From Bacteroidota bacterium (GTDB lineage Bacteria > Bacteroidota > Bacteroidia > AKYH767-A > OLB10), in the NCBI GenBank assembly GCA_016699635.1, contig CP064983.1, positions 2,267,331 to 2,331,330 of the forward strand: DNA of 64,000 nt, read 5' to 3'. The notes under the pieces were generated by a model. The model did not search any database and was not told where the DNA came from. It saw only the letters and a list, made by a program, of their open reading frames with translations. Below, piece after piece: positions 32,608-44,475 of this stretch. The position numbers and the translations under genes are program-made. The stretch's first letter is position 1. Every line of letters starts with the position of its first letter.

Positions 32608-33264
32608 ATGCATAATGTCTGGAAAATTGCTTGTGTAGCATTGCTCTATTTTACACTTTTTGCAGGCTTCCTTATGCCTGTACCTGAGTTGCCTATCCTT
32701 AATGAGTCTATCAGAAATTTATATTTCCATGTAACTATGTGGTTTGCCATGATTATTCACATGGTAGTAACAATTGTTTACAGCATACGCTATTTATCAG
32801 GAGGAAAGATTCAGTATGATCTAAAAGCCGAACAGTATGCCATTACAGGAATGGTGTTTGGTATTGCAGGTTTAATTACCGGAATGATTTGGGCACGTTT
32901 CACTTGGGGTGCTTTTTGGGTTAACGATACCAAACTCAATGGTGCTGCTGCTGCCATGCTCATGTATGCAGCTTATTTTATTCTCAGACAATCAACAGAA
33001 GACGAAACCAAACGTGCCAAACTCAGTGCAGTATATTTAGTTTTTGCATTCCCACTGATGATGGCTTTCATATACATCCTGCCACGCATGACAGATTCAC
33101 TTCATCCCGGCAATGGTGGCAACCCTGCTTTTGGACAATATGATCTTGACAATCAGATGCGACTGGTTTTTTATCCTGCAATTATCGGATGGACATTGCT
33201 TGGCGTATGGATAACATCTATTCGAATAAGAATTAAAAAATTATGGAATTCTCACGAAAACTAA
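32608..33264 (+). CDS. ccmC: Haem lyase/exporter subunit CcmC (cytochrome c assembly protein family)
   Basis: Polytopic membrane protein with a tryptophan-rich periplasmic loop (…FTWGAFWVNDTKLNGAAAAMLMYA…) and two conserved His candidates in flanking loops. Located between ccmB and ccmD/ccmE. Confidence 0.7.
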   Translation: MHNVWKIACVALLYFTLFAGFLMPVPELPILNESIRNLYFHVTMWFAMIIHMVVTIVYSIRYLSGGKIQYDLKAEQYAITGMVFGIAGLITGMIWARFTWGAFWVNDTKLNGAAAAMLMYAAYFILRQSTEDETKRAKLSAVYLVFAFPLMMAFIYILPRMTDSLHPGNGGNPAFGQYDLDNQMRLVFYPAIIGWTLLGVWITSIRIRIKKLWNSHEN

Positions 33265-33470
33265 AAATACTTTTTTCTGTTTTAATGTTGGTTGCAACAA
33301 ATGTGTTTGCACAAACAGAAAGTCGACTTGACGAAACTTTCCGCAGCAATGGAAAGATTTATGTGGTAGTTGCAGTGCTTGCTGTGGTGTTAACAGTATT
33401 GTTTATTTACTTAATCAGTATTGACAGGAAATTGAAAAAGACAGAAGATAAATTGAAGAATAAAAATTAA
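33243..33470 (+). CDS. ccmD: CcmD-like small membrane protein
   Basis: 75-aa ORF with one TM helix followed by a basic tail (…VVAVLAVVLTVLFIYLISIDRKLKKTEDKLK). Position between ccmC and ccmE is typical. Confidence 0.5.
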   Translation: MEFSRKLKILFSVLMLVATNVFAQTESRLDETFRSNGKIYVVVAVLAVVLTVLFIYLISIDRKLKKTEDKLKNKN

Positions 33471-33479
33471 AAAACAGAC

Positions 33480-33863
33480 ATGAAAAAATCTTATATCATA
33501 GCAATGGTGCTCATTGCAGTTGCATTTGCTGCTATTATCAGCACAGTGAGCGACTCCGGCACCTATGCCAATTTCACTGAGGCCTCATCACATGAAGGTA
33601 AGGTATTTCATGTGGTTGGTAAACTTAACCGCGATAAGCCTTATGAATACCATCCTGAAAAGAATGCCAATCTTTTTACTTTTTATCTTTATGATAACAA
33701 TGGCAATGAAAGAAAAGTGTTGCTCAACAAAGCCAAGCCGCAAGACTTTGATAAGTCAGAGCAGATTGTAATTATTGGTAAAATGAAAGGCGAAGAGTTT
33801 ATTGCTTCTGATATTTTGTTGAAGTGTCCAAGCAAGTACGCTGACGAAGCACAAAAGAGTTAA
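33480..33863 (+). CDS. ccmE: Haem chaperone CcmE, variant form with C-x-x-x-Y instead of H-x-x-x-Y
   Basis: N-terminal membrane anchor. OB-fold body (…GKVFHVVGKLN…). C-terminal flexible tail with LLKCPSKY, Cys codon at 33825..33827. Confidence 0.65.
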   Translation: MKKSYIIAMVLIAVAFAAIISTVSDSGTYANFTEASSHEGKVFHVVGKLNRDKPYEYHPEKNANLFTFYLYDNNGNERKVLLNKAKPQDFDKSEQIVIIGKMKGEEFIASDILLKCPSKYADEAQKS

Positions 33864-33907
33864 GTTGTTTTTAGCAGAACATAACTTTAGATAAGCAACA
33901 ATCTTAT

Positions 33908-36014
33908 TTATTTTTTCCGATTTTCGAAACGGCATAAACCTTCATCAAGATATTTAGTGTAGGTTTTTATGTCAGGTGTATAACCACGTGGTTCAGCAAG
34001 AATTTTTCCCTGATGATCTAATAAAACATAGTAAGGCTGCGAGTTAGTTTTGTAAACATTGGTTTGTAAATCGCTCCATTTATTACCGATAGTTCTTATT
34101 TTTTTACCTGTTGTTGCAGAAACATATTGTTTGTCTTCCGGTAGTTGCTCCTTGTCATCAACATAAAGTGAAATGGCGCATATTTATCCGAAAGCCTTTT
34201 CAGCACTTCAGGATCACTCCACACATTGTCTTCCATTTTACGGCAGTTAACACAACTCCATCCTGTAAAATCAACCATCACCGGCTTGCCTACAGTTTTA
34301 GCGTATGCCATACCTGCATCGTAATCATGATAGCAGTTTAAGTTATGTGGACAATGATTGCTTGATTTTTCTGTTACCCATTCTTTATAAAATTCAGGTG
34401 GAGGAAAGCCGCTGATCATTCTTAATGGTGCGCCCCATATTCCCGGAATCAGATACAATGTAAATGTTAATGATATGATGGCAAACATCAGTCGGGGTAC
34501 AGTGATATGTTTTACATCGCTGTCATGCGAAAATTTTAATTTGCCTAATAAATAAAAGCCAAGCATACCAAAAATGATTACCCAGATGGCAATAAAAATT
34601 TCACGCTTCAAAAATTCCCAGTGATAAGCGAGGTCAACATTCGATAAAAATTTAAATGCCAATGCCAATTCAATAAAACCGAGTGTAACTTTTACAGTAT
34701 TAAGCCATCCACCTGATTTAGGCATGGAGTTTAACCACCCCGGAAATGCAGAGAAAAGTCCAAATGGCAATGCAAGTGCCAAAGCAAATCCTGTCATTCC
34801 TATAATTGGACCTAAATAACTTCCATTGTGTGCAGCTTCTACTAACAGTGTGCCGATAATTGGTCCTGTACATGAGAATGAAACCAATGTCAAAGTAAAT
34901 GCCATAAAGAAAATTCCTATCAATCCGCCACGGTCGGAGGCGCTGTCGGCTTTGTTAACTAACCAGCTTGGTAATACAATTTCACATGCACCAAAGAATG
35001 AAAAGCAAAAATCAGGAACACAATAAAAAATGTCATATTAAAAAAGACATTGCTTGCCGTATCGTTGAGTGCATCACTACCTAATGTAACCGTGACTAAA
35101 AATCCAAGACCTACATAAATAATAATGATAGAAATAGAGTAGATTAATGCATTCATCAACCCCTTCTGACGTGAACCACTGCGCTTTGTAAAAAAACTTA
35201 CTGTCATAGGTATCATCGGAAAAACGCAAGGTGTAAGTAAAGCTAAAAAGCCACCTAAAAATCCTGCAATAAAAATTCCGAGCATGCTTTTATCTGTGGC
35301 AGTTGATGTTGAGCCATCACCGCAGCCCGGTTCAAGTTCTGATACTTGTGCTACTTCTGTAAATACACTGTCGTTTTGTGCTGCTGCCGTTGCTGAATCA
35401 ATATGTTCCGGTGGCATCACTGCCTGTGCAGTGTCTGTAACCACAGGTGTTGTATTGTTTACAGGAATTGCAAGTTCAGTTGTAGCACACGATTTTTTCT
35501 TGCCATCATTCAAATCAAATTTAAAGTCAACATCTGTTGGTGGCAGACATTTTTCATCATCACAAGCCATAAAGGTTACAAAACCTGTAATGCTGAATTT
35601 TTTTCTTGTGTTGATTTTTATTTTCTGCTTAAACTCTGTTTCACCATGAAAAAATTTCAGTTTCATCTGAAACTGCTGATCATATACTTCTTCGGCATGA
35701 CCTTCTTTTACTTTGCCAACTGTAGTGTATTCAGGAGAATGATTAAAAGTAAAACTTGTGGGTATAGGCCCATCAGCACCATTGATGGTTTGAGAATAGA
35801 TATGAAATTTATCTACCGTTACAGCTTTTAATATCAGCGTAGCTTCACAACTGTCTGTCTGTTCAACTCTGAAACTCCACTTGGCACCTTCAAAAATCTG
35901 CGCATTACTGCCTGTGCCGAAAAATAATATGATGGCAGTTAAAATAATTCTCAAACCTTGTTGCATAGTCAAATTTAACTTCACCGGATTAAAGCCCGGT
36001 TTTAAATGTGGCAC
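33908..36014 (-). CDS. dsbD: Thiol:disulfide interchange protein DsbD (N-terminal DsbD-alpha domain, CcdA-like TM core, C-terminal thioredoxin domain), two apparent frameshifts
   Basis: Signal peptide and periplasmic domain. TM core with conserved Cys (…LLTPCVFPMIP…, …SFSCTGPIIG…). C-terminal thioredoxin CxxC (…VDFTGWSCVNCRKME…). ORFs 34959..36014 and 34096..34923 plus an unlisted reading segment down to the TAA at 33908 are collinear. Confidence 0.7.
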
Positions 36015-36061
36015 AAAATAACAAAATCAAAGCATTGTGGAATGTAAGTTTTGTAACAAAG

Positions 36062-37899
36062 TCAGTTTATTTTGTCACCTCTGAGTAATCTGTAATGCCT
36101 TCGTGCTTCAGCAATGAATACGCTTGAAGGATATTTGTCTATAAACTGCTCATAAGTGCTTTTTGCCTTCTCAGTGTCCTTCAGATTGTTTTCATAAATG
36201 CCGCCAATTCTGAACAAAGCATCATCGGCCAATACTCCATCAGCATAATTTTTTACAATGTCGCTATAAAGCGTAATGGCTTTTTCAAAATCTCCTTTTG
36301 TCAAATAAATTCCAGCTTGTTTAAACCATACGTTGGCAGTAATTTTTCTTCCCGGATAAAGCACGAGAATGCTGTCTAATGTTTGCAATGCAAGATCATT
36401 TTTATGCTGAAATGCAAGTAATTCTGCACGTGAATAAATCTGCAGAGGCTCTGTTATAGAGTCGTCACCAATGTTATCAGAAATTAGCAGTGCAAGGTCA
36501 AGTGCATCGTTCGAAATCAGTTGCGAAGTAGCTTGTTTCAACACACTTAATTGTGCTTCTGCCCATTCAAATTCTCCCAGATAATAAGATAGTCGTGCAT
36601 TGCGGAATTTAGCTTCGCGACCAATGGCATCGTGTTTAAAATCTTTGTCAACCTGCGAGTAGGTGAGCGATGCTTCCCATAAGTCGCTATCTAAAATCAT
36701 TATGTCGCCCAATTCTAATTTTACCTCTGCAATATAGTTTGGCGATAGTGCAGGCATGGCAATTACCTCTTCAAGAATTTTACGTCCTTCGGCAACTTTA
36801 TCAAGATAAAAAGCTTCTAATTGTGCATGTTTAACCATCAGTGGTGCAGTAATTGAATTTTTACCCAACTCCTGCAGTGCTTCCGTAAATTGTTTTTCTA
36901 ATGCCAACAGTTCTGTTTGCGTGTAATGACTATCTGTTGTTTTTTCAAAGGCTGCACTAAGCATGGCAATTTTTGCTCTGATATAAAGCGGATGATTGCT
37001 TCCTTTTGCAACTATGTAATCAAAACATTTTTCTGCAACAGTCCATGCCTGGTTCGAAATACATATTTCGCCTAAAGAATAAATTCTGTTGCCCGTGTCA
37101 CCGGTTTTTTTATCCAAAGCTTTGGCTTGAATATAAGCCGATTCAAAATCTTTTTCCTGCATAAAGAGCCAATACAAAAACTCACTGTAAATGAGTTGTG
37201 ATGGCTCACGTTGAATTTTGCGAAGTAATGACAGCCGCAACAGATTAGCAAGATTTGAATCACTATCCTGACTTAGTTTGTATTGCAATACGGATTGTAC
37301 ATTAGCCTGAAACATGGTGTTTTCAGTCATGATGTCTAAGTATTCATCAATCATTTTCTGTGTTTCGCCTTTGCGGCCATACAACTCTGCAATATCAAAA
37401 CCAAAGTTGTTGTCAGGCACTAAACTTCTTCCTTTCAGAAAAGTTTCCAATGCTAAGTCAGGTTTGCCATTCATGATAAAACTGTTGGCAACTGCGTAAA
37501 TGTCACCTACGTCAGGGTGAAGGTTTTTTATGGCTGTTTCAAATTGCTTTTTTGCTTTTTCATTGTCGCCTTCCAATTCATACAACAAGCCCAAGTCAAC
37601 ATTGTATTTTCCTGCACCTGCACCACGTTTGGCCTGTTTTTTAATAAGCTTTTCTGCTTCTTTATAGTCTTTAATTTGTTTCAGACATTTCAGATAAGGC
37701 TCATAAGTGCCAAAGGGGTCAATGTTGTATTGCTTTTCATAATACACTGCTGCTTTATCAAACTCACCGGTTGATTCATATTGACGTGCCAGATCAAGAT
37801 TATTTAATCCCTGTGCTGAAGTAAACAAACTCAGCAACATTACAGGCATTATTAAAAATGCTGATTTTTTAAAAGCAGAAATAATCTTGTTGTAAACAT
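36062..37899 (-). CDS. Tetratricopeptide-repeat (TPR) protein, secreted. Probable start at 37899, with one apparent frameshift in the signal-peptide region.
   Basis: Multiple TPR units along 595 aa. An in-frame upstream extension plus an ATG at 37899 in another frame would give a normal signal peptide (MFTTRLFLLFKKSAFLIMPVMLLSLFTSAQG) if one T is restored. Confidence 0.6.
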
Positions 37900-37901
37900 G
37901 T

Positions 37902-39169
37902 TTAATCTATGCGGTCAAATCCTGTGTAGTGCTGTATGGCTTTGGGTATATGAATGTACTGTCCGTTATAATTGTTCTCTAAAAGTGCGGCTACAATTCT
38001 TGGCAATGCCAATGCACTTCCGTTTAATGTATGTGTCAATTGTGTTTTACCATCATTGCCTTTAAATCGTAATTTTAGTCTGTTACTCTGAAAACTTTCA
38101 AAATTAGAAACCGAACTCACTTCCAGCCATTTTTCCTGAGCAGCAGAAAACACTTCCAGGTCATAAGTAAGTGCAGATGCAAAACTCATATCACCACCAC
38201 AAAGTTTTAAAACGCGATAAGGCAACTCTAATTGTTCTAACAGCGAACAAACATAGTCTTTCATTTCCTCCAACACTTTGTAACTGTTGTCAGGATGCTC
38301 AATGCGCACAATTTCTACTTTATCGAATTGATGTAAGCGGTTTAAACCACGTACATCTTTACCATAAGAGCCTGCTTCACGCCTGAAACAAGGAGTATAG
38401 GCAGTTAGTTTTTGTGGGAAATCACTCTCTTTTAAAATCGTATTTCTGTAGATATTGGTAATGGGCACTTCTGCTGTGGGTATCAGATAAAACTGATCTT
38501 CTGTAACAAAATACATCTGACCTTCTTTGTCGGGCAACTGACCGGTTCCGAATCCTGAATCCTGATTGACCAATATAGGGGCTGCACTTCAAGATAGCCT
38601 GCAGCAACTGCTTTGTCCAGAAAAAAGTTGATTAATGCACGTTGCAGTCTGGCACCTTTGCCACTATAAACCGGAAAGCCTGCACCGGTTAGTTTTACAC
38701 CTGTTTCAAAATCTATAAGGTCGTATTTTGTGCAAAGTTCCCAATGCGGAATTTTAGCTGTTAACTTCGGCAATCCCGTCACCGTAAATACAATGTCATT
38801 GTCGGCAGCAGATTTTCCGGGAGATACTTTTTCAGAGGGAATATTTGGCAATTTTACCAACTCATCCTGCAGCAGATGTTCTGTAGTTTCTAATTCTGCC
38901 TGAAGTTTTTTAGATGTTTCTTTTAATACAGCATTTTTTTCTTTCAGTTGTTCTGCATCATCTTTTTTTCCTGCTTTCATGGCAATGCCAATCTCTGATG
39001 CCATTTTATTTTGTTGCGCAAGACAGGCATCGTTTTCTTTTTGCAACTGCCGTCTTTTTTCATCCAATTGTAGAATTAATGCTACAATTTCAGAGGCAGA
39101 AAAGTTTTTAATGGCAAGATTTTTGATAATATTATCAGGATTTTCTCTTATTTTTGAAAGTTCTAACAT
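37902..39169 (-). CDS. serS: Seryl-tRNA synthetase, apparent frameshift near 38575
   Basis: N-terminal coiled-coil tRNA-binding arm (ORF 38483..39169). Class-II core with motifs 2 and 3 (…FRREAGSYGKDVRGLNRLHQFDKVE…, …GSALALPRIVAALLEN…) in ORF 37902..38573. Confidence 0.85.
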
Positions 39170-39477
39170 AAACAGAATTAAGTCTGCAAAAGTAAATTGT
39201 AACCATTAACATTAAACCAAAATTATTGCAGCAGTTAGATTGGGAGAAGGAAAAAGTGAGTAATCGGGCTAAACGTAGTTTGTAGATCTGCTTTGAAGTG
39301 CACCTCATGTTGTAGGGTAAATTCTATCAGAATAACTACTTTTATGATAGAAGTTTAAGGTTTTCGTCTTTCTAATGAAAAATGATGAATAACTGTTTGT
39401 TAATAATTTGTTGATGAGTATATTTGTCTTCTTAAATAATTACATAAAAACCAATCATTCAAATTAATATTCAAATC

Positions 39478-42400
39478 ATGCAAAAGTTTTACTCATTTAC
39501 AGTTTGTTTTGCCCTTGCATTTTTATGCAGTATCAGCAATTCATCAGGTCAGCTTGTCATTAATGAGTCTTTTAATGGTACAACTTTTCCGCCATTGGGA
39601 TGGGGAACAGGTTACTCCGGAACAAGTTCCGATTTAGAAAACTATTGCGAGCGTGTTACAGTATCATCCAACCCTGTAGGAACACCTCCGGGAACACACA
39701 GTGGTGCAGGTATGGCACGCTATCGTTGCGGTTATATGACTCAAGCAGGTGAGAAAGCATATATTTCTTCGCGTGCATTGGATTTTACCAATATGCCCGT
39801 AGGTGGTACTACTGCAACTTTCTGGATGTATAGAGATGCTGTAAATACAGGATTTTTAGATAGTGTTACCGTTTATTTAAATGACTCCAATTTAATTGTT
39901 TATGATACTCCCGGAAATACCAATGGCGCGGCACTTCGATTAGCAATTCAACAGGTTGCACCTTTTGGCTTTGGAAATACAGTGCCCCGTTGGTGGAATA
40001 CTAATCCAATTAGTGGTGCTGCAGGATGGTTTCAATATCAGGTAACAATTCCAAATATTCCTGTTGTTACCGTAGCCTCACAGCGATTTCTGATTTTTGT
40101 TTTTACCAACAGACATACTGCAGCTAGCGGTGGAAATATTTATATTGACGATATCTCTATCAATACCTACCCAAAGGCACAGGCGTATGTTTCTACAAAA
40201 ATGTCTTTTCAGGGTACTGCATCAGTACCTCAAAACTCATTGAATAATTTAATTTATGGTGTTGAAGTGGTAATTGATGGCGGTGATGATGTAACTGCTA
40301 ACAACTACTACACAGTTGACTCATTAAACTTTAGCTACATTGGCTCTACCAATGCCTGTGGCGATGCACAAAATGCTAAATTGTGGTGGACAGGTGGAAC
40401 AGATGTGTTTAATGGTGTAGCCAATGCTATTCAGGTTGGTGCAACTATCCCTACCTTATGTGCAACAAACTATTCTTTTTTTCCGGTAAACACTTTCAGA
40501 CTCAACAATGGTAAAAACTATTTTTGGGTAACTTATGATATTAAACCCGTTGGAACATCCACACCGGGCAATTGTGTTGACGGTGAGTACAATATGATTC
40601 GTCTTACTAAAGGTGGCATACCTATGACCGGAACTCCTGTGCCCGGAACTTTGGCAGGTTGCCGGCCAATTGACGTGGCCTATTGTGGTGGTGCAACACC
40701 ATCATACGGTGTAGGTACATCATGGCTTGGTGGTTCCTATACAAACAACGATTATGTAGCACAGGTTATACTTAATGGAGAGGTTGGATATCCCGTAATC
40801 AATAATGCATTAAACTGTTGTGGTCCTAATATTGCACCTTGGTGGGGTGGTCCGGCACCTTTCAGTGCCCACCCGCCCGATTACGGAAAAATTCCCTGCC
40901 GTACCGGGAAAAACTACTGTGTTAATGGCAAATGGTATGACTTCCTATACCATTAGTTTAAAAGTAGGAACATGGTATAGTTCAAACTATATTGCAGCTT
41001 TTATTGACTTTAACCACGATGGTGTATTTACTACAGCAACAGAAAGAATTGCCATGTCACCTAATATGGCAGCTAATGGTACCTATACAACTACTTTCAC
41101 AGTGCCAACAACTGCCTATATAGGTACGACAACTTTACGTGTGCGTGAAGTTTATGCAAACTCAAATATAGATGCTTGTGCTTATGGAACCTACGGTGAA
41201 ACAGAAGATTATTCTGTTACTATAATTCCTACATGTAACTCATGCTACGGGCTTGGGTTATAATAAATTGTGGCTTGGTGGTTTTGATAATGATTGGGCT
41301 AACCCACTAAACTGGTGTCCTGCAAATCCGCCATTGATAACTGATGATGCACTTATACCAGGTAGCAGCCCTCACCGTCCTGTAATTAAAGAAGGTACTT
41401 TAGCTTATGCTAAAAAGTTAAGAATACAAGGTAATGATACGGTAACAGTTAATGTTTATAAAACAGGCCGCCTGACAGTTGCCGACTCATTAATTATTAA
41501 CGACCCTGCAACAGTACTTAGAGTTAACTCGCAATTTACTGATACTGCCCGTATTTCAGTAGGTAATTTGTTGCCTACTATTCCACCATATTATCCGTTG
41601 AATGCAGCAGCTTTAAAACAGCGTTGTCAGTTAGTTTATACTTCCACTGAGTTAAGTTCTTATGGCATGATTACCGGTGATGAAATTGATTCCATATTCC
41701 TATTGGTGTCAAATTTTACAGCTCCAGCGAACGCATATACAAACTTCAGCATCAGATGGTACTATACCAGTGGAGGATTTTCTTATGGTGGAACTGCAGG
41801 AACCAATGCATTGGCTGCATTTGCAATTGGAACCACACCGAATTTAGTTTATACCAATCCATCGCTAAGTGTTCCGGCAACAGGTCAGTATAAATTTGGT
41901 TTGTTGACACCTATTCCTGTTAACCTTGGATATTCTTTGGTAATAGATATATGTTATGATCACGTCATAGGTGGTGGGCAGCAAACCTGGTACACTACAA
42001 CAACTGGTACAAGACGTTATATGCAACTTTATGCAATTGCTCCTATCCCAAATGCATCTTGCGATTTTACTCCTACCATTCGTGCAATGGGTACAGCAAA
42101 TGCTGCCGGAGTCACTACATTTAATCTTGGTGGATTTCTTCAGGGAAGCTTACCTCACCTTTCTGTAGGATTAGCTTTATCTAGTACTCCTGCTGGTATT
42201 TTCGCACCGGGCACTACAATTACAGGAATTGCAGGTTCAACTATAACCATTTCAACACCAACTATCGGTGCTATGACTGCTGCAACTCAGATATCTTTTA
42301 AGGTTAATGGTGCATTAAGCATAAATTCAGGTGATGGTAACTGTTCTACATCACAACGCCCCAACCTTACTTTTAAATACAAACGTAAATACACTACATT

Positions 42401-43787
42401 TATACTATATGTAGGTGGTCACTGGAACAACTCCGGTACATTTACAGCAGGGCAGAGCGATTTTACTTTTAATGGTGCCAACCCACAAAATATTGATGGT
42501 ACCAATAACACAACTTTCATGGCAATGTCGGTAAGCAAGCCTGCTCTTATAGCGGTTAGATTAAATAGAGATGTAGTGGTTACAGATACACTAAATCTAA
42601 CTCAAGGCAGATTACAACTTAATAGTGTTGCCCCAACTGCAATCCGCTCTTTGAGTTTAATGAGTAATACGGGTTCAACTACAGCATTAACTAGAAATAC
42701 TGGTGTATTAATTGCAGAATCAAATCCACCAAACTATGGCAACTTCCGTTGGAAAATTGGAACACCTGCGGCTTATCCAACTACATTTACATTCCCGTTT
42801 GCTAACGCTGCAGGAACATACATTCCTGTTGACTATAAAGTAAATAATGGCGATGCTGATGTTACCTTAACAACTTATACAACAATACCTGCAAATACAC
42901 CAATACCAACAGGCGTGTCAGATATTTATATGAACACCTGGTTTGCACCGCCATTTACAGATAACAGCCCCTATATGGTTGACCGTTTCTGGCAGATAAA
43001 TGATGCAGGTACAGTTAGCAGCCGCGACCTTACATTAAACTGGACACCAACAGAGAATGCATCAGCAGGCTCGTCTCCTTATCGTGCACAGGTGTATAGT
43101 TCAAGTACTAATTGGGGTTATCCTTTTATCATCGGTCAGACAAATCCAACGGCAACATCAGTTTCTATTCCTGCAGCTACCTTCACAAACACATGGGCAG
43201 TTGTAAGAGAATTGCAACCGTTGCCTGTAGAATTACTTTCGTTTGAAGCTAAACCATATAAAGATCAGGAAGTAGTTTGTAACTGGACAACAGCTACAGA
43301 ATTAAACAACGATTTCTTTACTGTTGAACGCAGCAGCGATGGCCGTAACTTCGAAAAAGTGGGTACGGTAAAAGGTGCCGGTAATTCAACGCAACAACAC
43401 GACTATAAATTTATTGATACTAAACCTTACAGAGGGGTTTCTTTCTACAGACTGAAACAGACAGACTTTAACGGTAAGTCTGAGTCGTTTGAGAAAGTAG
43501 CTGTAAACTTGAGTTTGCCTGCAACACCAATAAGTGTTTATCCTGTTCCTGCTAACGAATATGTAGTATTCAGTGTTGACAGAAATCAGAATCTCGAAAA
43601 TGCAGTATTGTATGTTTATGACTTTACAGGACGTGCATTGATTCAGAAAAAAGTAGCAGAACTTAAAGGTACAGGAACCAATATCTTTATCCTACCTGTA
43701 AATACTTTAATCAATGGTTTGTATCATTTCGATTTAAAAGTTGAGGGAGCTTCATTAGGAAACGGTAAATTTATTGTAGAGAAATAA
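39478..43787 (+). CDS. Large (~1430 aa) secreted GEVED-domain protein with a T9SS C-terminal sorting domain, two apparent frameshifts
   Basis: Signal peptide (MQKFYSFTVCFALAFLCSISNSSGQ). GEVED-type segment (…LRVREVYANSNIDACAYGTYGETEDYSVTI…). C-terminal Por domain (…ISVYPVPANEYVVFSVD…GLYHFDLKVEG…). ORFs 39478..40956, 40820..41263 and 41253..43787 are collinear. Confidence 0.65.
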
Positions 43788-43815
43788 TTTTTTAAAAGAC
43801 AAAGTGCCCGTAAGT

Positions 43816-44475
43816 ATGATAAGTAAACAAACACTGTCATTCTTACGGGCACTTGCCGTTAATAACAACCGTGAGTGGTTTGCTGCAAATCATCACAAGT
43901 ACGAGGGTGCTAAAGAAGATTTTAATAATTACCTCAAACAAACGCTAACGGAATTGGCGAAGTACGATGTTTTGCTCAAAAGCCTTGAACCCAAAGATTG
44001 TGTTTTCAGAATTTATCGCGACATACGTTTTTCGCCCGATAAAACACCTTATAAAACAAATCTGGGTGCAGCTATCAATGCCGGAGGTAAAAGAGTAGAA
44101 ACTGCAGGAGCCTATCTGCACATTCAGCTTGGCAACAAGTCGTTTTTTGCCGGTGGACGGTGGATGCCTGATAGGGAAACTTTACGAAAAATAAGGCAGG
44201 AAATTGACTACAATACCGGAGAGTTTAAAGCTATTTTGAATGATAAAAACTTTAAAAAGTATTTCGGTACATTGGAAGATATAGCGCTTAAAAAAGCACC
44301 TAAAGACTATCCAAAAGACCATCCGGAAATAGCATTGCTTAGATACACAAGTTACATTGCCTCCATGCCATTGGCAGATTCATTAATCACGTCTGATAAA
44401 GGAATAAAAGAAATTGGTAAAGCTTATAAAGCATTGATGCCATTGCTGCATTTCCTGAATCGGGCTTTAGATTAG
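43816..44475 (+). CDS. DUF2461 (TIGR02453) family protein
   Basis: …LSFLRALAVNNNREWFAANHHKYE…FRIYRDIRFSPDKTPYKTNLGA… is characteristic of TIGR02453. Confidence 0.75.
   Translation: MISKQTLSFLRALAVNNNREWFAANHHKYEGAKEDFNNYLKQTLTELAKYDVLLKSLEPKDCVFRIYRDIRFSPDKTPYKTNLGAAINAGGKRVETAGAYLHIQLGNKSFFAGGRWMPDRETLRKIRQEIDYNTGEFKAILNDKNFKKYFGTLEDIALKKAPKDYPKDHPEIALLRYTSYIASMPLADSLITSDKGIKEIGKAYKALMPLLHFLNRALD

Noticed and set aside
33243-33470. Calling the 75-aa ORF after ccmC a secreted peptide or toxin
   Set aside because: Its position (overlapping the ccmC stop, immediately before ccmE), its single TM helix and its basic tail fit CcmD-like small membrane subunits. I found no toxin-like features.
34096-36014. 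Treating 34959..36014 (DsbD-alpha + TM) and 34096..34923 (TM + thioredoxin) as two separate genes such as CcdA plus TlpA
   Set aside because: The TM core is split mid-helix between the two ORFs. The thioredoxin domain continues in a third frame to 33908. The pieces are collinear with one DsbD interrupted by indels.
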